In this document: piece by piece, positions 46,175-56,103 of the stretch
Numbering within the stretch: the stretch's first letter is position 1
Layout of the letters: each line of letters begins with the position of its first letter
Source of the DNA: Moorena producens
Lineage (GTDB): Bacteria > Cyanobacteriota > Cyanobacteriia > Cyanobacteriales > Coleofasciculaceae
Assembly: GCF_965240435.1 (NCBI RefSeq)
Contig: NZ_CBDEKO010000003.1
Strand: one strand, 5' to 3'
DNA: 64,000 bases
Notes under the pieces: model-generated
Told to the model about the DNA's origin: nothing
The model's input: only the letters and a program-made list of their open reading frames with translations
Database searches by the model: none
Program-made: the position numbers and the translations under genes

Positions 46175-48379
46175 TCAGTAATTCAGAGGCACAATAGTGG
46201 TGCTCAAACCATAACTACTGAGTAATTTCAGCACCCGATCAATATTTTCGAGGGTTGTGAACAATCCCGCTTGCATCACAGTTCTTCCTTCAAAGGAGGT
46301 CAGGAAAGAATCGGGAATTAGCGATCGCATTAAATCTTGTTGCTGCTCACTCTCAGCATTTACCAAAATCCGGTAACCCTGACTGGGTAGAGCTGAAGTA
46401 GGATTATTCCCTTGAGGTCCCCTTTGTTCCGAGTTTGATTGGGTACTTGTAGAAAACACTGGAATTGAGCTACCTGAATTGGAGCTAGCACTAGTATTTT
46501 GATTACTAGTATTTTGATTAACCGGTGTAGTGATCTGACTAGACATTGACATCATAACGTTAACGTCCTCAGTCGAGGCTGCTGCCGGTGTTGGTTTTGA
46601 CCTGTTACTTGACGCATCAATCACTTCCTGTGACGGTGAAGCTGGAGTAAAACTGCTAGAATCCTCTCCTGGTTTGGCTGGAGATGTTGGTTCCTCAAAA
46701 GATGACTGCTCTTGGTTTTGAATAACTTTCAGAGTCAGGGGTGTCAGGGGTTCAGAATGTGAACGTTGAGTCCTAGCATCAGAAGGCTGTTGGGTTTGAG
46801 AGGTTTGCTGACTCTCAGTTTGGGACCTTGCTGCTGGTCTAGAAGATTCAGTACTTGCAGAATTATTTAGTGCTGCGTCTTTGGCGATGTTATCAGTCGA
46901 GGTAGATACCTGAGGCTCCAAACTTGATGGAACGGGAAATGAAGCTGCTGAGACCTGAGCAGATGTCGATTCCTTTGTAGGTTCCTTCTCGGCAGGCGGT
47001 TGGGATGGGACGACTTGGCTGGGGGTGCTGGAATTCTCCTGAGAATTAGGCGTAGTCTTGTGTGAGTGATTAGAGTTCTCTGCCATAACAACGACTTGGT
47101 TGTCAGAACCATCAGAAGTACTAGCTGGTTTACTAACAGCTGGTTTACTAACAGCTATTGTTTCAAGCTTCGACTCTTGAATGATATCCTTTTCAGTTTT
47201 CCCTGAATTAACCTCACTGTTAGTTTCCTTTTCTAGCTGATTACCAAAAGCGATCACAGTAGGCTCAGACTCCTGATTGTTAATGTCAAACCGCCCATTC
47301 CCTCGAAATATATTATTTAATTTATTGTTTAATGTATTGTTTGTTGATTCTGGTGAATTTCCCCAATCCGGATTAGCTCCGACCTTGAGTACTAATCCAT
47401 CCAGTTGGGAATTTTCAATCAGGTTATTATGGAAAAATGGTTGAGCATTGGTTTCAACCACTACCCCATTTATATTGCCAGTGATACGATTATTAACAAT
47501 ATGAGGTGCAACGTTTTCGGCAATCAGAATTCCTAAGTCATTATTTTCAAATACATTGTCATCCACTTGAGTGTTTGAGGTTCCGTAAATGCTGAGCGCA
47601 TTTCCTTGATTCTTGTAGAAGTAGTTACTGCGAATTGTTGGTGTACTATTTCCCTCCACAGCAATCCCACTTTTGGTATTCCCAGTTAAGGTATTGTCTT
47701 CCACTAAAACCGAACCGACTTCCAGCCACAAACCATAACCTTCTGGATTAGTATTGTTAAGGGTCACACCAGAAATAATCGTTTGGTCAGCACCTACGAT
47801 TAGGACATCGTGACTAGCAGCCGTGGAACTAACAAAGGTACCACCACCACGAATCACCACATCGTGACCTCTAGTGCGGGGGTTGCCCTGTAGCTTGATA
47901 CCGGGTTTCAGAAGTAGAGGGAAGGTTTCACCCATCTCACTGCTGTAGATACCGCTAGAGAGTACAATCACAGTATTGGGCTGGGCAGCTTGTAGCGCCT
48001 GAGTGATAGTTTTCAAAGGTGAATCCTGGGTGCCATCACCACTAGTGTCGTTGCCGGTAACTGGGTTTACAAACAAAAATTTTCTTTCTATGGTAAGATC
48101 CAGGTTTCTTGCGCTATCATCCTGAGTTGATTGGGCTAAAGCCGTGGTTCCTCCTAATCCTAGTGGCACCATTCTTGAAGGGATAGCTTGGCTGATGATG
48201 CTAAAGGTTAATCCCAGCAAAATCGTTTTCACTGGTAACCCAAGATCAAAGCCTCTAGGCTGATGTTGGTGATGCTGGTAATGGCAATGGGAATGAGCGG
48301 AAATAGGTAATTCTATAGTGTTAATTCTGATCAAACTCATGGCTGTTATCCGAGCATAGAAGGTTAAGGGATATGACAT
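46175..48379 (-). CDS. Right-handed parallel beta-helix repeat protein with long Ser/Thr/Pro/Gln-rich low-complexity region and small C-terminal domain (likely secreted/surface)
   Basis: Repeated G.N..IxxN motifs (TLTGNTKSGIAVEGNS, FYKNQGNALSIYG, VFENNDLGILIAEN, NNRITGNINGVVVE); ~300-aa STPQ-rich tract. N-terminus uncertain. Confidence 0.7.
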   Translation of the reverse strand: MSYPLTFYARITAMSLIRINTIELPISAHSHCHYQHHQHQPRGFDLGLPVKTILLGLTFSIISQAIPSRMVPLGLGGTTALAQSTQDDSARNLDLTIERKFLFVNPVTGNDTSGDGTQDSPLKTITQALQAAQPNTVIVLSSGIYSSEMGETFPLLLKPGIKLQGNPRTRGHDVVIRGGGTFVSSTAASHDVLIVGADQTIISGVTLNNTNPEGYGLWLEVGSVLVEDNTLTGNTKSGIAVEGNSTPTIRSNYFYKNQGNALSIYGTSNTQVDDNVFENNDLGILIAENVAPHIVNNRITGNINGVVVETNAQPFFHNNLIENSQLDGLVLKVGANPDWGNSPESTNNTLNNKLNNIFRGNGRFDINNQESEPTVIAFGNQLEKETNSEVNSGKTEKDIIQESKLETIAVSKPAVSKPASTSDGSDNQVVVMAENSNHSHKTTPNSQENSSTPSQVVPSQPPAEKEPTKESTSAQVSAASFPVPSSLEPQVSTSTDNIAKDAALNNSASTESSRPAARSQTESQQTSQTQQPSDARTQRSHSEPLTPLTLKVIQNQEQSSFEEPTSPAKPGEDSSSFTPASPSQEVIDASSNRSKPTPAAASTEDVNVMMSMSSQITTPVNQNTSNQNTSASSNSGSSIPVFSTSTQSNSEQRGPQGNNPTSALPSQGYRILVNAESEQQQDLMRSLIPDSFLTSFEGRTVMQAGLFTTLENIDRVLKLLSSYGLSTTIVPLNY

Positions 48380-48544
48380 AACAGTTTAGTTGAATGTCAA
48401 GCTTGATCGTATCCATAAACTAGGATAGTTGTAATCTATTTGTAATCATTTATCACTTGAAATGTGTCCGTTGCTAAAGGTTACTGACCACAGAAACAAG
48501 CTTTCCATCCACTGTTAGGATAGATAATAATGGAGTAGTTAGTA

Positions 48545-49627
48545 ATGGATGACCAAAAGAGCGGCATTATGAATCAAAAATCGGCGGTTTGCCGAATTTT
48601 GGATGCAAATTTAGACCGAGCTAGAGAAGGCTTGCGAATTATTGAGGAGTGGTGCCGCTTTGGTCTCAACAGCGCCCAGATGGCTGGGGAGTGCAAGGAA
48701 ATGCGCCAGGAATTAGCCCGTTGGCACAGCTCGGAAATCAGGATCTTCCGAGATACCTCAGGGGATCCAGGGACTGGACTAACTCATCCCCAGGAAGAAA
48801 GACGTTCCAGCATTCAGCAGCTTTTACAGGCTAATTTGTGTCGGGTGCAAGAAGCACTACGGGTGTTGGAAGAATATGGTAAGCTGTACGATGCTCAGAT
48901 GGGGATCGCCTTTAAGCAGATGCGCTATCGGGTTTACAGCCTAGAAAGCAATTTACTGGGATATCAGCGTCATCAGTTGCTAGAGCGATCGCATCTCTAT
49001 TTGATTACATCCTTGTCAGACCAGTGGTTTGCCAAAGTAGAGGCTGCCCTCCAAGGTGGACTAACCTTGGTACAGTACCGGGAAAAACAAGCAGATGATG
49101 GGGACAAACTCGCTGATGCTCAGAAACTGTGCCAGCTGTGCCATCACTACGGTGCTTTGTTTATTATGAATGACCGGGTAGATTTAGCTCTGGCAGTGGA
49201 GGCTGATGGGGTTCATATCGGACAACAGGATGTGCCAATTGCGTTAGCACGGCAGCTACTCGGCTCCCAGCGTATCATTGGTTGCTCGACTACTAACCCT
49301 GATGAACTACACCGGGCAATTGCTGAAGGGGCAGATTATATTGGTGTTGGACCGGTTTATGAAACCCCTACTAAACCCAATAAGCAAGCAGCTGGTTTGG
49401 ATTATGTCAAGTATGCGAAAGAGCATGCTACAATTCCATGGTTTGCAATTGGGGGAATTGATCCAAACAATTTAAACTATGTCTTGGATGCAGGAGCTCA
49501 ACGAGTGGCAGTTGTCCGGGGGATAATGGAGGCGGAACAACCGACTCTAGTTACTCAATATTTTCTGTCCCAGCTAAAACGAGAACACACTCTTCGATCT
49601 CTTGAAGCTGGCGTTTCTAAACCCTAA
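48545..49627 (+). CDS. thiE: Thiamine-phosphate synthase with cyanobacterial-type N-terminal extension
   Basis: C-terminal ThiE core ADGVHIGQQD, GCSTTNPDELHRAIAEGADYIGVGPVYETPTKP, WFAIGGI. Confidence 0.85.
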   Translation: MDDQKSGIMNQKSAVCRILDANLDRAREGLRIIEEWCRFGLNSAQMAGECKEMRQELARWHSSEIRIFRDTSGDPGTGLTHPQEERRSSIQQLLQANLCRVQEALRVLEEYGKLYDAQMGIAFKQMRYRVYSLESNLLGYQRHQLLERSHLYLITSLSDQWFAKVEAALQGGLTLVQYREKQADDGDKLADAQKLCQLCHHYGALFIMNDRVDLALAVEADGVHIGQQDVPIALARQLLGSQRIIGCSTTNPDELHRAIAEGADYIGVGPVYETPTKPNKQAAGLDYVKYAKEHATIPWFAIGGIDPNNLNYVLDAGAQRVAVVRGIMEAEQPTLVTQYFLSQLKREHTLRSLEAGVSKP

Positions 49628-49713
49628 TGTCAGAAAACTAGATAATAGTTAGACATGTTAGGTAATAAGTAATGGTTACTAATTGTTAATAGCTTGGTGG
49701 TGAATATTCGTTC

Positions 49714-49938
49714 ATGATTTATAACAACACAACTCAAATTACCCTTGAAGTTAATGGTGAATCCCGGACCTGCTCTTGTGACACTAAACTACCCCAGCTA
49801 TTAGAACAGCTAGGATTAAATCCGCGCCTGGTGGCGGTAGAATATAATGGTGAAATTCTCCATCGGCAGTTTTGGGACCAGACTCAAATGCAGGAGGCAG
49901 ACAAGCTCGAAATTGTCACTATTGTCGGCGGCGGTTGA
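49714..49938 (+). CDS. thiS: Thiamine biosynthesis sulfur-carrier protein ThiS
   Basis: 74 aa ending in GG (..EIVTIVGGG); ubiquitin-like size; next to thiE. Confidence 0.8.
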   Translation: MIYNNTTQITLEVNGESRTCSCDTKLPQLLEQLGLNPRLVAVEYNGEILHRQFWDQTQMQEADKLEIVTIVGGG

Positions 49939-50033
49939 CTTGATCGGATCCATATGACCATCCGACCATCAATCTTCTTGATGATAGGTTTTCAACCGGA
50001 CTTGATATCACCAAAGCTAACGGTAAAACACAA

Positions 50034-51221
50034 TCAAAGACATATTAACTCAGGAGTTAAACCTAGATTTGTGCATAATTGTCGAATCTCTTCTTCATAG
50101 ATCGGGTTCATCACAATCACCAGATCAGGTTGGTAATCCTGGAGAAATTCTGGTGGAACAATTTCCTGTCCCGTTCCAGCAACGTACTTCCCCTGTTTGC
50201 GGGGATTGAGATCTACGATGTAATCAATCACATCTTGGCACTTGAGCAGATTCAAAAAAGTAACCCCTTTTGAGCCAGCACCCCATGCTACGGCTTTTTT
50301 TCCAGTTTGAGCGATGGTTGTCAGTTTGTGCTGCCAGCTTTCTAACTTCTCCTGAAACCTAGCGGTAAAGCTGGCAATATCCTGAGTCAATACCTCGATT
50401 TCATCCGGTTTTCCATAGCTGTTCGGGATTTCCCCATGCACTGGCTTTGCTTCCAGGCACAGGAACTGACCACCAAACGCTTCCTTGATTTCACTAACTT
50501 GAAACCCAGCATTGACAAAAGCTTGCCCTAGAGAAGAGGGGGCGAAATAGCAGCAGTGTTCATAGATAATGTCCCACACCGCTAGATGGCGAAAGGTATC
50601 TAAGGCGTTGGGGACTTCAAAGAAAACAATCGTATTAAGGCGAGAACCGATGGCCTGTCGTAGTGGCTTGAGCAAATCTGCGGGATTGGAAATATGTTCT
50701 AAGGTGTGCCGACAACAAATTAGATCGGCTTGATACTCTTGGTAAAGCTGTGAATAGAAATCTTGAACAAACTTGACTTGAGTCTGAAGTCCTTGATGCT
50801 CTGACCTAGGAACATAGCTGGGGTCAAAACCTACTCCTCGGTTATTACCTAGTTCACACAGACTTATAAGAAAATCCCCTTTGCCACAACCAATTTCAAT
50901 AATGTCTTTATTGTAGAGATGGTGGCGCTTCACTAATCCAGCGGCAAGGGATTGGGCATAGTCCTGAAATCGAGGAGAGTAATGTAAGGAGTTTTCATAG
51001 TCCTGGCAATAACCCAATTTAGTAGGGTCAAAGGCTAGATTGCTAATAAAACCACAGCTAGGACAGAACCCTAGTTTGATATCTCCCTTGGAACAGTTTT
51101 GAGCAGTTTGACGCGATCGCCACAGAAGATTACAGTACACTGGCACCGCCAACATTTCAAAAAACACCTCTAAATCGGCAGAGGCACATACAGGACAGTT
51201 GTGGTTAGATAAGGTGTTCAT
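50034..51221 (-). CDS. Class I SAM-dependent methyltransferase with N-terminal Zn-ribbon and C-terminal C-methyltransferase-type domain (NDP-hexose C-methyltransferase-like); paralog 1 of 3
   Basis: CPVCASADL...CPSCGF Zn-ribbon; EIGCGKGDFL SAM motif I; CCRHTLEHI; C-terminal KKAVAWGAGSKGVTFLN Rossmann-like segment. Paralogous to 53920-55149 and 57727-58944. Confidence 0.8.
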   Translation of the reverse strand: MNTLSNHNCPVCASADLEVFFEMLAVPVYCNLLWRSRQTAQNCSKGDIKLGFCPSCGFISNLAFDPTKLGYCQDYENSLHYSPRFQDYAQSLAAGLVKRHHLYNKDIIEIGCGKGDFLISLCELGNNRGVGFDPSYVPRSEHQGLQTQVKFVQDFYSQLYQEYQADLICCRHTLEHISNPADLLKPLRQAIGSRLNTIVFFEVPNALDTFRHLAVWDIIYEHCCYFAPSSLGQAFVNAGFQVSEIKEAFGGQFLCLEAKPVHGEIPNSYGKPDEIEVLTQDIASFTARFQEKLESWQHKLTTIAQTGKKAVAWGAGSKGVTFLNLLKCQDVIDYIVDLNPRKQGKYVAGTGQEIVPPEFLQDYQPDLVIVMNPIYEEEIRQLCTNLGLTPELICL

Positions 51222-51310
51222 TTCAAGTTTTCACTCCATTAGACTAGTACAGGGAAAGTACAAATAATCAGCTATCAGCTGACGGCTGATAGCTTTTAAG
51301 GAAACTTGGG

Positions 51311-52519
51311 TCAGATCACCCTTTCGAGAGTTTTCAGTGTCGGGATTTCACTAGCGATCGCATTCCCAATCTCCAAAGAAGCCGTAGCACCAGGAGAGGG
51401 AGCATTACAAACATGCATGGCTTTAGGACTATTGACAATTAAAAAATCATCCACCAACTTGCCATCATTTTTTAAGGCTTGAGCTCTGACCCCAGCATGG
51501 GTGGGAACTAAATCATCTGCTTGGATTTCAGGAATCAGCCGTTGCAAACTCTTAACAAACGCAGCTTTACTGAAGGAGCGGATGATTTCCTGAATCCCTG
51601 CGTCTCCATGTTTGATAGCTAGTTTCCAGAAACCGGGATAGCTCATGACCTCCACAAAATCTCGCAAGTCAAAATCAGTCTTTCGATAGCCTTCCCGCTT
51701 TAAACTAAGTACAGCATTGGGTCCAGCATGGACACTGCCATCAATCATGCGGGTGAAATGAACCCCTAGGAAAGGAAAATTTGGATTAGGAACTGGATAA
51801 ATTAGGTGCTTGACTAGGTAGCGTTTCTCTGGCTTGAGTTCATAGTACTCACCCCGGAAAGGAACGATTTTAGCTGGAGGCTCAGCATCACCCAACTTAG
51901 CAATGCGATCGCTATGTAGTCCAGCGCAGTTGATCACAAAACGAGTGGGATAGTTACCATTGTTGGTTTCCAGTACTAAAGCATCCCTAGTTTCTATGAT
52001 CTTTTCTAGCTTACTATTGAGACGTAAATCCCCTCCCTGGACACGAACCAGTTCAACGTATTGTTCACAGACCTGCTTGTAGTTTACAATCCCAGTCGAA
52101 TAAACTCGAATTCCAGCTAAACAGCGCACATGGGGTTCAATTTCCTTAACCTCTTCACCAGTAATCTTGGCAATCTCTATACCGTTTTCCAAACCCCTTT
52201 GGTAAAGACTATCCAGCAATGGTAGTTCTTCTGGTTCAGTTGCTACAATCACTTTGCCACAGATGTCATAATCAATGCCATACTTTTGGCAGAATGCCAC
52301 CATCGATCGATTTCCTTCGTAACAAAACCTAGCCTTGAAACTACCTGGTTTGTAGTAGATTCCAGAATGAATCACACCACTGTTATTGCCAGTTTGGTGA
52401 GCAGCCCAACTGCTCTCTTTTTCCAGTACCAGAATTTTGGCATCTGGATAACGTTGACCCAATGCCATGGCTGTGGATAAGCCAATGATTCCTCCTCCAA
52501 TAATCGCCAAGTCGTACAT
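51311..52519 (-). CDS. lhgO: FAD-dependent oxidoreductase of the L-2-hydroxyglutarate oxidase (LhgO) family
   Basis: N-terminal MYDLAIIGGGIIGLSTAMAL dinucleotide-binding motif and overall length typical of LhgO/L2HGDH-type enzymes. Confidence 0.7.
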   Translation of the reverse strand: MYDLAIIGGGIIGLSTAMALGQRYPDAKILVLEKESSWAAHQTGNNSGVIHSGIYYKPGSFKARFCYEGNRSMVAFCQKYGIDYDICGKVIVATEPEELPLLDSLYQRGLENGIEIAKITGEEVKEIEPHVRCLAGIRVYSTGIVNYKQVCEQYVELVRVQGGDLRLNSKLEKIIETRDALVLETNNGNYPTRFVINCAGLHSDRIAKLGDAEPPAKIVPFRGEYYELKPEKRYLVKHLIYPVPNPNFPFLGVHFTRMIDGSVHAGPNAVLSLKREGYRKTDFDLRDFVEVMSYPGFWKLAIKHGDAGIQEIIRSFSKAAFVKSLQRLIPEIQADDLVPTHAGVRAQALKNDGKLVDDFLIVNSPKAMHVCNAPSPGATASLEIGNAIASEIPTLKTLERVI

Positions 52520-52928
52520 GGTTATTTTTATTACTTAAACTATTAACTTTAACTTTTAAAATTGAATTTTTAATGTTGAATAGTTGAATGTTGAATAGTT
52601 GAATGTTGAATGTTTACTATTAAAAGTTAACCGTATCCCTTATCAAGGTATAATAAGGGGGAATATAGTGTTTTTTTTGTATGGTGAGGTACACCTTGAA
52701 GCTGAAAAGCTTGTTAATTGAGACTTATGGTCTACCTCATTGGAGTAAAAACCGCTATAAACAATTAATTAATCCTCAAAAAGTTTGGGTAAGCCTATTC
52801 ACTTCCCATACTTTTTTGTACCAGAAAACCTATTGGACTATTTGCCATTTTGGCCTGAAGGGTCCCCCTGCGACCAAAAAATAAAAAATGAAAAAGACTC
52901 TTTTTCCCGCAAGCATCTAAGCCTTCGG

Positions 52929-53807
52929 TTATTGCTCAACTTTGCTGGGTGCTTTCTGATGGAAAAATTTTTTCCAAGTCTGGGCAGAAAAAACATAGTT
53001 CCCGAGTACACCTAGACAGCGAATACGTTCCTGCCACTTCAACGGAGCCTGAAATACTGCCCTGAAAAATTCAATCGAATTCCGAGGTCGCAGGAATTTC
53101 GGTCCCATAGAGGCTTTGGTATCGATCCAAACCTCCCGCTCCTGAGCCGATAGCCGACTTGACTGGTCTGAATGGCAACGCCGGAAAAAGAGGGGTTCAG
53201 GAATTTCTTTCAAGCGCCCGATCAGGCTTAGTTGAGTCAGCAACAGCCGATCTGAACCGTAGTAGGATGAAATCAATGAGGTTTTTCTTAGGGCATCCGT
53301 ACGGATCACTCCAAAAACCTCCAAGCACCAGAAATCCGAAATTGCGGCCTGAAAACGTTCATGGGGTTTCTCTGAATCTAGGTTTCCTACCGACTCCGCT
53401 TCCCACCACTTTTGTCCATCAGGCTTAGTGAATATTGTTCTTGGGTAGGACAAAATCACCGTCGGGTCATTGTCAAGCACCTCTACGCAGCGAGCTAAGA
53501 AAGAAGGGGCACAAACATCGTCATCAGCTGCCCACTTAAAATATTCACCTCTAGCCAACTCAACGGTACGATTGTAGTTTGGGGCAGCACCTAGATTTTC
53601 TTGATTGCGGTAGTAATAAATGCGTTTGTCTTTAGCCTGATACTCCCGACAAATCTCTTCAGTTGCGTCAGTCGAGCAGTTATCTGAAATGATCAACTCG
53701 AAATCCTCAAAGGTCTGAGCCAAAATTGAATCTAATGCTTCCCTGAGGAATTCTTCACCGTTGTAGACTGGTAATCCAATGCTTAAGCGGGGTTGATCAG
53801 CAATCAT
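52929..53807 (-). CDS. Glycosyltransferase family 2
   Basis: LSIGLPVYNGEEFLREALDSILAQTFEDFELIISDNCSTDATEEI (GT2 DxD region). Confidence 0.85.
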   Translation of the reverse strand: MIADQPRLSIGLPVYNGEEFLREALDSILAQTFEDFELIISDNCSTDATEEICREYQAKDKRIYYYRNQENLGAAPNYNRTVELARGEYFKWAADDDVCAPSFLARCVEVLDNDPTVILSYPRTIFTKPDGQKWWEAESVGNLDSEKPHERFQAAISDFWCLEVFGVIRTDALRKTSLISSYYGSDRLLLTQLSLIGRLKEIPEPLFFRRCHSDQSSRLSAQEREVWIDTKASMGPKFLRPRNSIEFFRAVFQAPLKWQERIRCLGVLGNYVFSAQTWKKFFHQKAPSKVEQ

Positions 53808-53842
53808 TTTAAGATTTTTTCACATAAACCGATTTGGTTAAC

Positions 53843-53905
53843 GTATGTAAGTATTCAGCTATCAGCTATCAGCTATCAGCTGACGGCTGAATGCTTACCT
53901 CATAA
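53843..53905. mobile_element. Minimal MITE: inverted GTAAGTATTCAGC/GCTGAATGCTTAC ends flanking a (CAGCTAT)4 array
   Basis: gtatgtaagtattcagctatcagctatcagctatcagctgacggctgaatgcttacc. Confidence 0.55.
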
Positions 53906-53919
53906 CTAATGACTGATGT

Positions 53920-55149
53920 TTATAGAGATATTACCTCTGTAGTTACTCCCATCTTATCCAACATTTGCTGAATTTCATGACAATATATCGAATTCATGAC
54001 AATCACCTGATCAGGTCTGTATTCCTTTAAAAACTCTGGTGCCATAATTTGTTTACCAACGCCAGGGATAAATTTCCCATGACGATGGGGATTAATGTCC
54101 ACCACGTATTCAATTTTGTCTGTGGTATCAAGAGTGGTTAGAAAAGCCACACACTTGGAACCTGAACCCCAAACTACAACACGCTTGCCTTGAGCATGCA
54201 TCTGCTCTAAGTGCTGCCTCCAATTCTCCAGCTTCTTGCTAATCTCGTTGGTGAAGTTTTTGACATGCTGAGTAACTTCCTCAAGACTCTCTTCCAGAGG
54301 ATGTACTTTGTCAGATGGGATGGTGACAGGTCGGGTTTCAATTAATAGATATTGTTCACCATAAGCTCGATACAGGTCAGTCACTTCAAAACCACAGTTG
54401 CGGAATAATCGCGCTAGGGATCCAGGGGTGAAATAGGAGCAGTGTTCGTAGTAAATGTCTTCAAAGGCTAAGTCTTTGAGTACTCGTATGGTATCTGGTA
54501 TCTCAAACACCACAACAGTATTTATGCGATCGCCAATGGAACGGCGCACGGTATTAATAAACTCAGCAGTAGGATAAATATGCTCTAGGGTATGGCGACA
54601 ACAGATAAAATCACCTACATACTCAGCATAGCGCTCTGAGTAATAGTCTTGAATAAAGGTGACCCGGTCAGCGGCTTCACTTTGAACTCGTCCTACTACA
54701 GCAGATGGGTCAATACCAACACCACGATTATTACCTAATTCGCACAGCAGCAAGAGAAAATCTCCTTTGCTACAACCAATCTCTATAATGTCTTTGTCAT
54801 GAAGGTCGTATTTGTCGATCAGATGATTGGCTAGATCAAGGGCAAACTGATTGAAGGTTGGGGAAAAACTCTGTTGGTCTTCATAATTGGGAGCGTAAGC
54901 TGACCACCTGGGATCAAAGGAAACATTAGTGATGAAGCCGCAGTCTTGACAAAACCCCAAAACCACATCACCGCAAGGGAAGTCTAGAGCTGCTTCCTGG
55001 GTTGACATCATTAAGCAACTGTGAACTGGTACGTTATGTACTTCATAAAATAGGGATAATCCTTGGTGTCCACAGTTGGGACAAATATGTTCTGATAATG
55101 AAATCGGTTGTGTGTTAGCAAAATTTTTGGACAATGCTTGTTGTATCAT
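53920..55149 (-). CDS. Zn-ribbon SAM-dependent C-methyltransferase-like protein, paralog 2 of 3
   Basis: CPNCGHQGL...CQDCGF; EIGCSKGDFL; CCRHTLEHI; RVVVWGSGSKCVAFL. Confidence 0.8.
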   Translation of the reverse strand: MIQQALSKNFANTQPISLSEHICPNCGHQGLSLFYEVHNVPVHSCLMMSTQEAALDFPCGDVVLGFCQDCGFITNVSFDPRWSAYAPNYEDQQSFSPTFNQFALDLANHLIDKYDLHDKDIIEIGCSKGDFLLLLCELGNNRGVGIDPSAVVGRVQSEAADRVTFIQDYYSERYAEYVGDFICCRHTLEHIYPTAEFINTVRRSIGDRINTVVVFEIPDTIRVLKDLAFEDIYYEHCSYFTPGSLARLFRNCGFEVTDLYRAYGEQYLLIETRPVTIPSDKVHPLEESLEEVTQHVKNFTNEISKKLENWRQHLEQMHAQGKRVVVWGSGSKCVAFLTTLDTTDKIEYVVDINPHRHGKFIPGVGKQIMAPEFLKEYRPDQVIVMNSIYCHEIQQMLDKMGVTTEVISL

Positions 55150-55462
55150 TTTGAGTGACTCTTTTAGAATTTAAATGTGATGACTTCATAGGATTTGAGT
55201 GCCAATCAATATCAATCCCAGATTGAGCGGGTAATTCAGACCCTTAAGCACGATATCCCCACCCTGTCTTAGCAAGATATTGCTTATAATTTTTATACAA
55301 AAAATAGTTAATTTCAAGACCCAATTAGTCGATTTAAAGTAAAATTAAACTATCGAATTATAGTTTAGATACTGAGATTTAACGCTCGGCTATTTTTTAG
55401 CACAATTTATTTCGTTCTGCATGATATCTCTCAAACCGATGAAAAGGTGATCACGGCAAATT

Positions 55463-55615
55463 GGACAGGGGTGCATCTCATATTTGTAAAAAAGTGGCGT
55501 AGGGTGCGTTAGGGACGGGCTCGCCAAGACGCAAGCCATAGCAAGTTTTGGGACAGTCCGTCCCGTAACGCACCACCGCGTCAAATAGCAAAAGTGAGAT
55601 GCACCCATTGGACAG
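55463..55615. repeat. ~150-bp imperfect palindromic element (TTGGACAG...GTGCATCTCA...GCGTTAGGGACGGG / CCGTCCCGTAACGC...TGAGATGCAC...TTGGACAG)
   Basis: Direct read; a related half-site (CCCCGTAACGCACCAC) occurs at 6883-6900. Confidence 0.6.
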
Positions 55616-56103
55616 TTCGTGCGTGACACATTCCGGGTACCTTGGAAAGGTCATGTGTTTTTCAATGGCTCTTCTAGCTACCTCCTGACCAAAGATGGTT
55701 TTATCACCAATCACCTGGATACCTGGAATCGCAAACCAAGCTAGATTTTTCAGCAGTTTTTCCCCTGTGGTTTACCATAGCTGATTGATGAATTTATTTG
55801 GCATTGAAGTTAACGATTACCCTACTGCGAATGATGCAACATTATCACCATACCTACTAATTTTTAAATAATGATTAAAGGTACTTGTACATAAAATTGG
55901 CATGAGCTGACTGAATTGAGTAATTGCCGGATAGTGGAACCTTATGGGACTTTTAGATTTAAGTATATTTGGTTGTTATTAGGCAAATATGCTTGGGAAT
56001 CATAGGTTTTGTTATACTAAGTTAATGGGGTAACAATAGATTCATACTTTACCATAAATTTCCATATTTTAAGGCCGTTTATTAATTTAAAATTTTCGAT
56101 AAA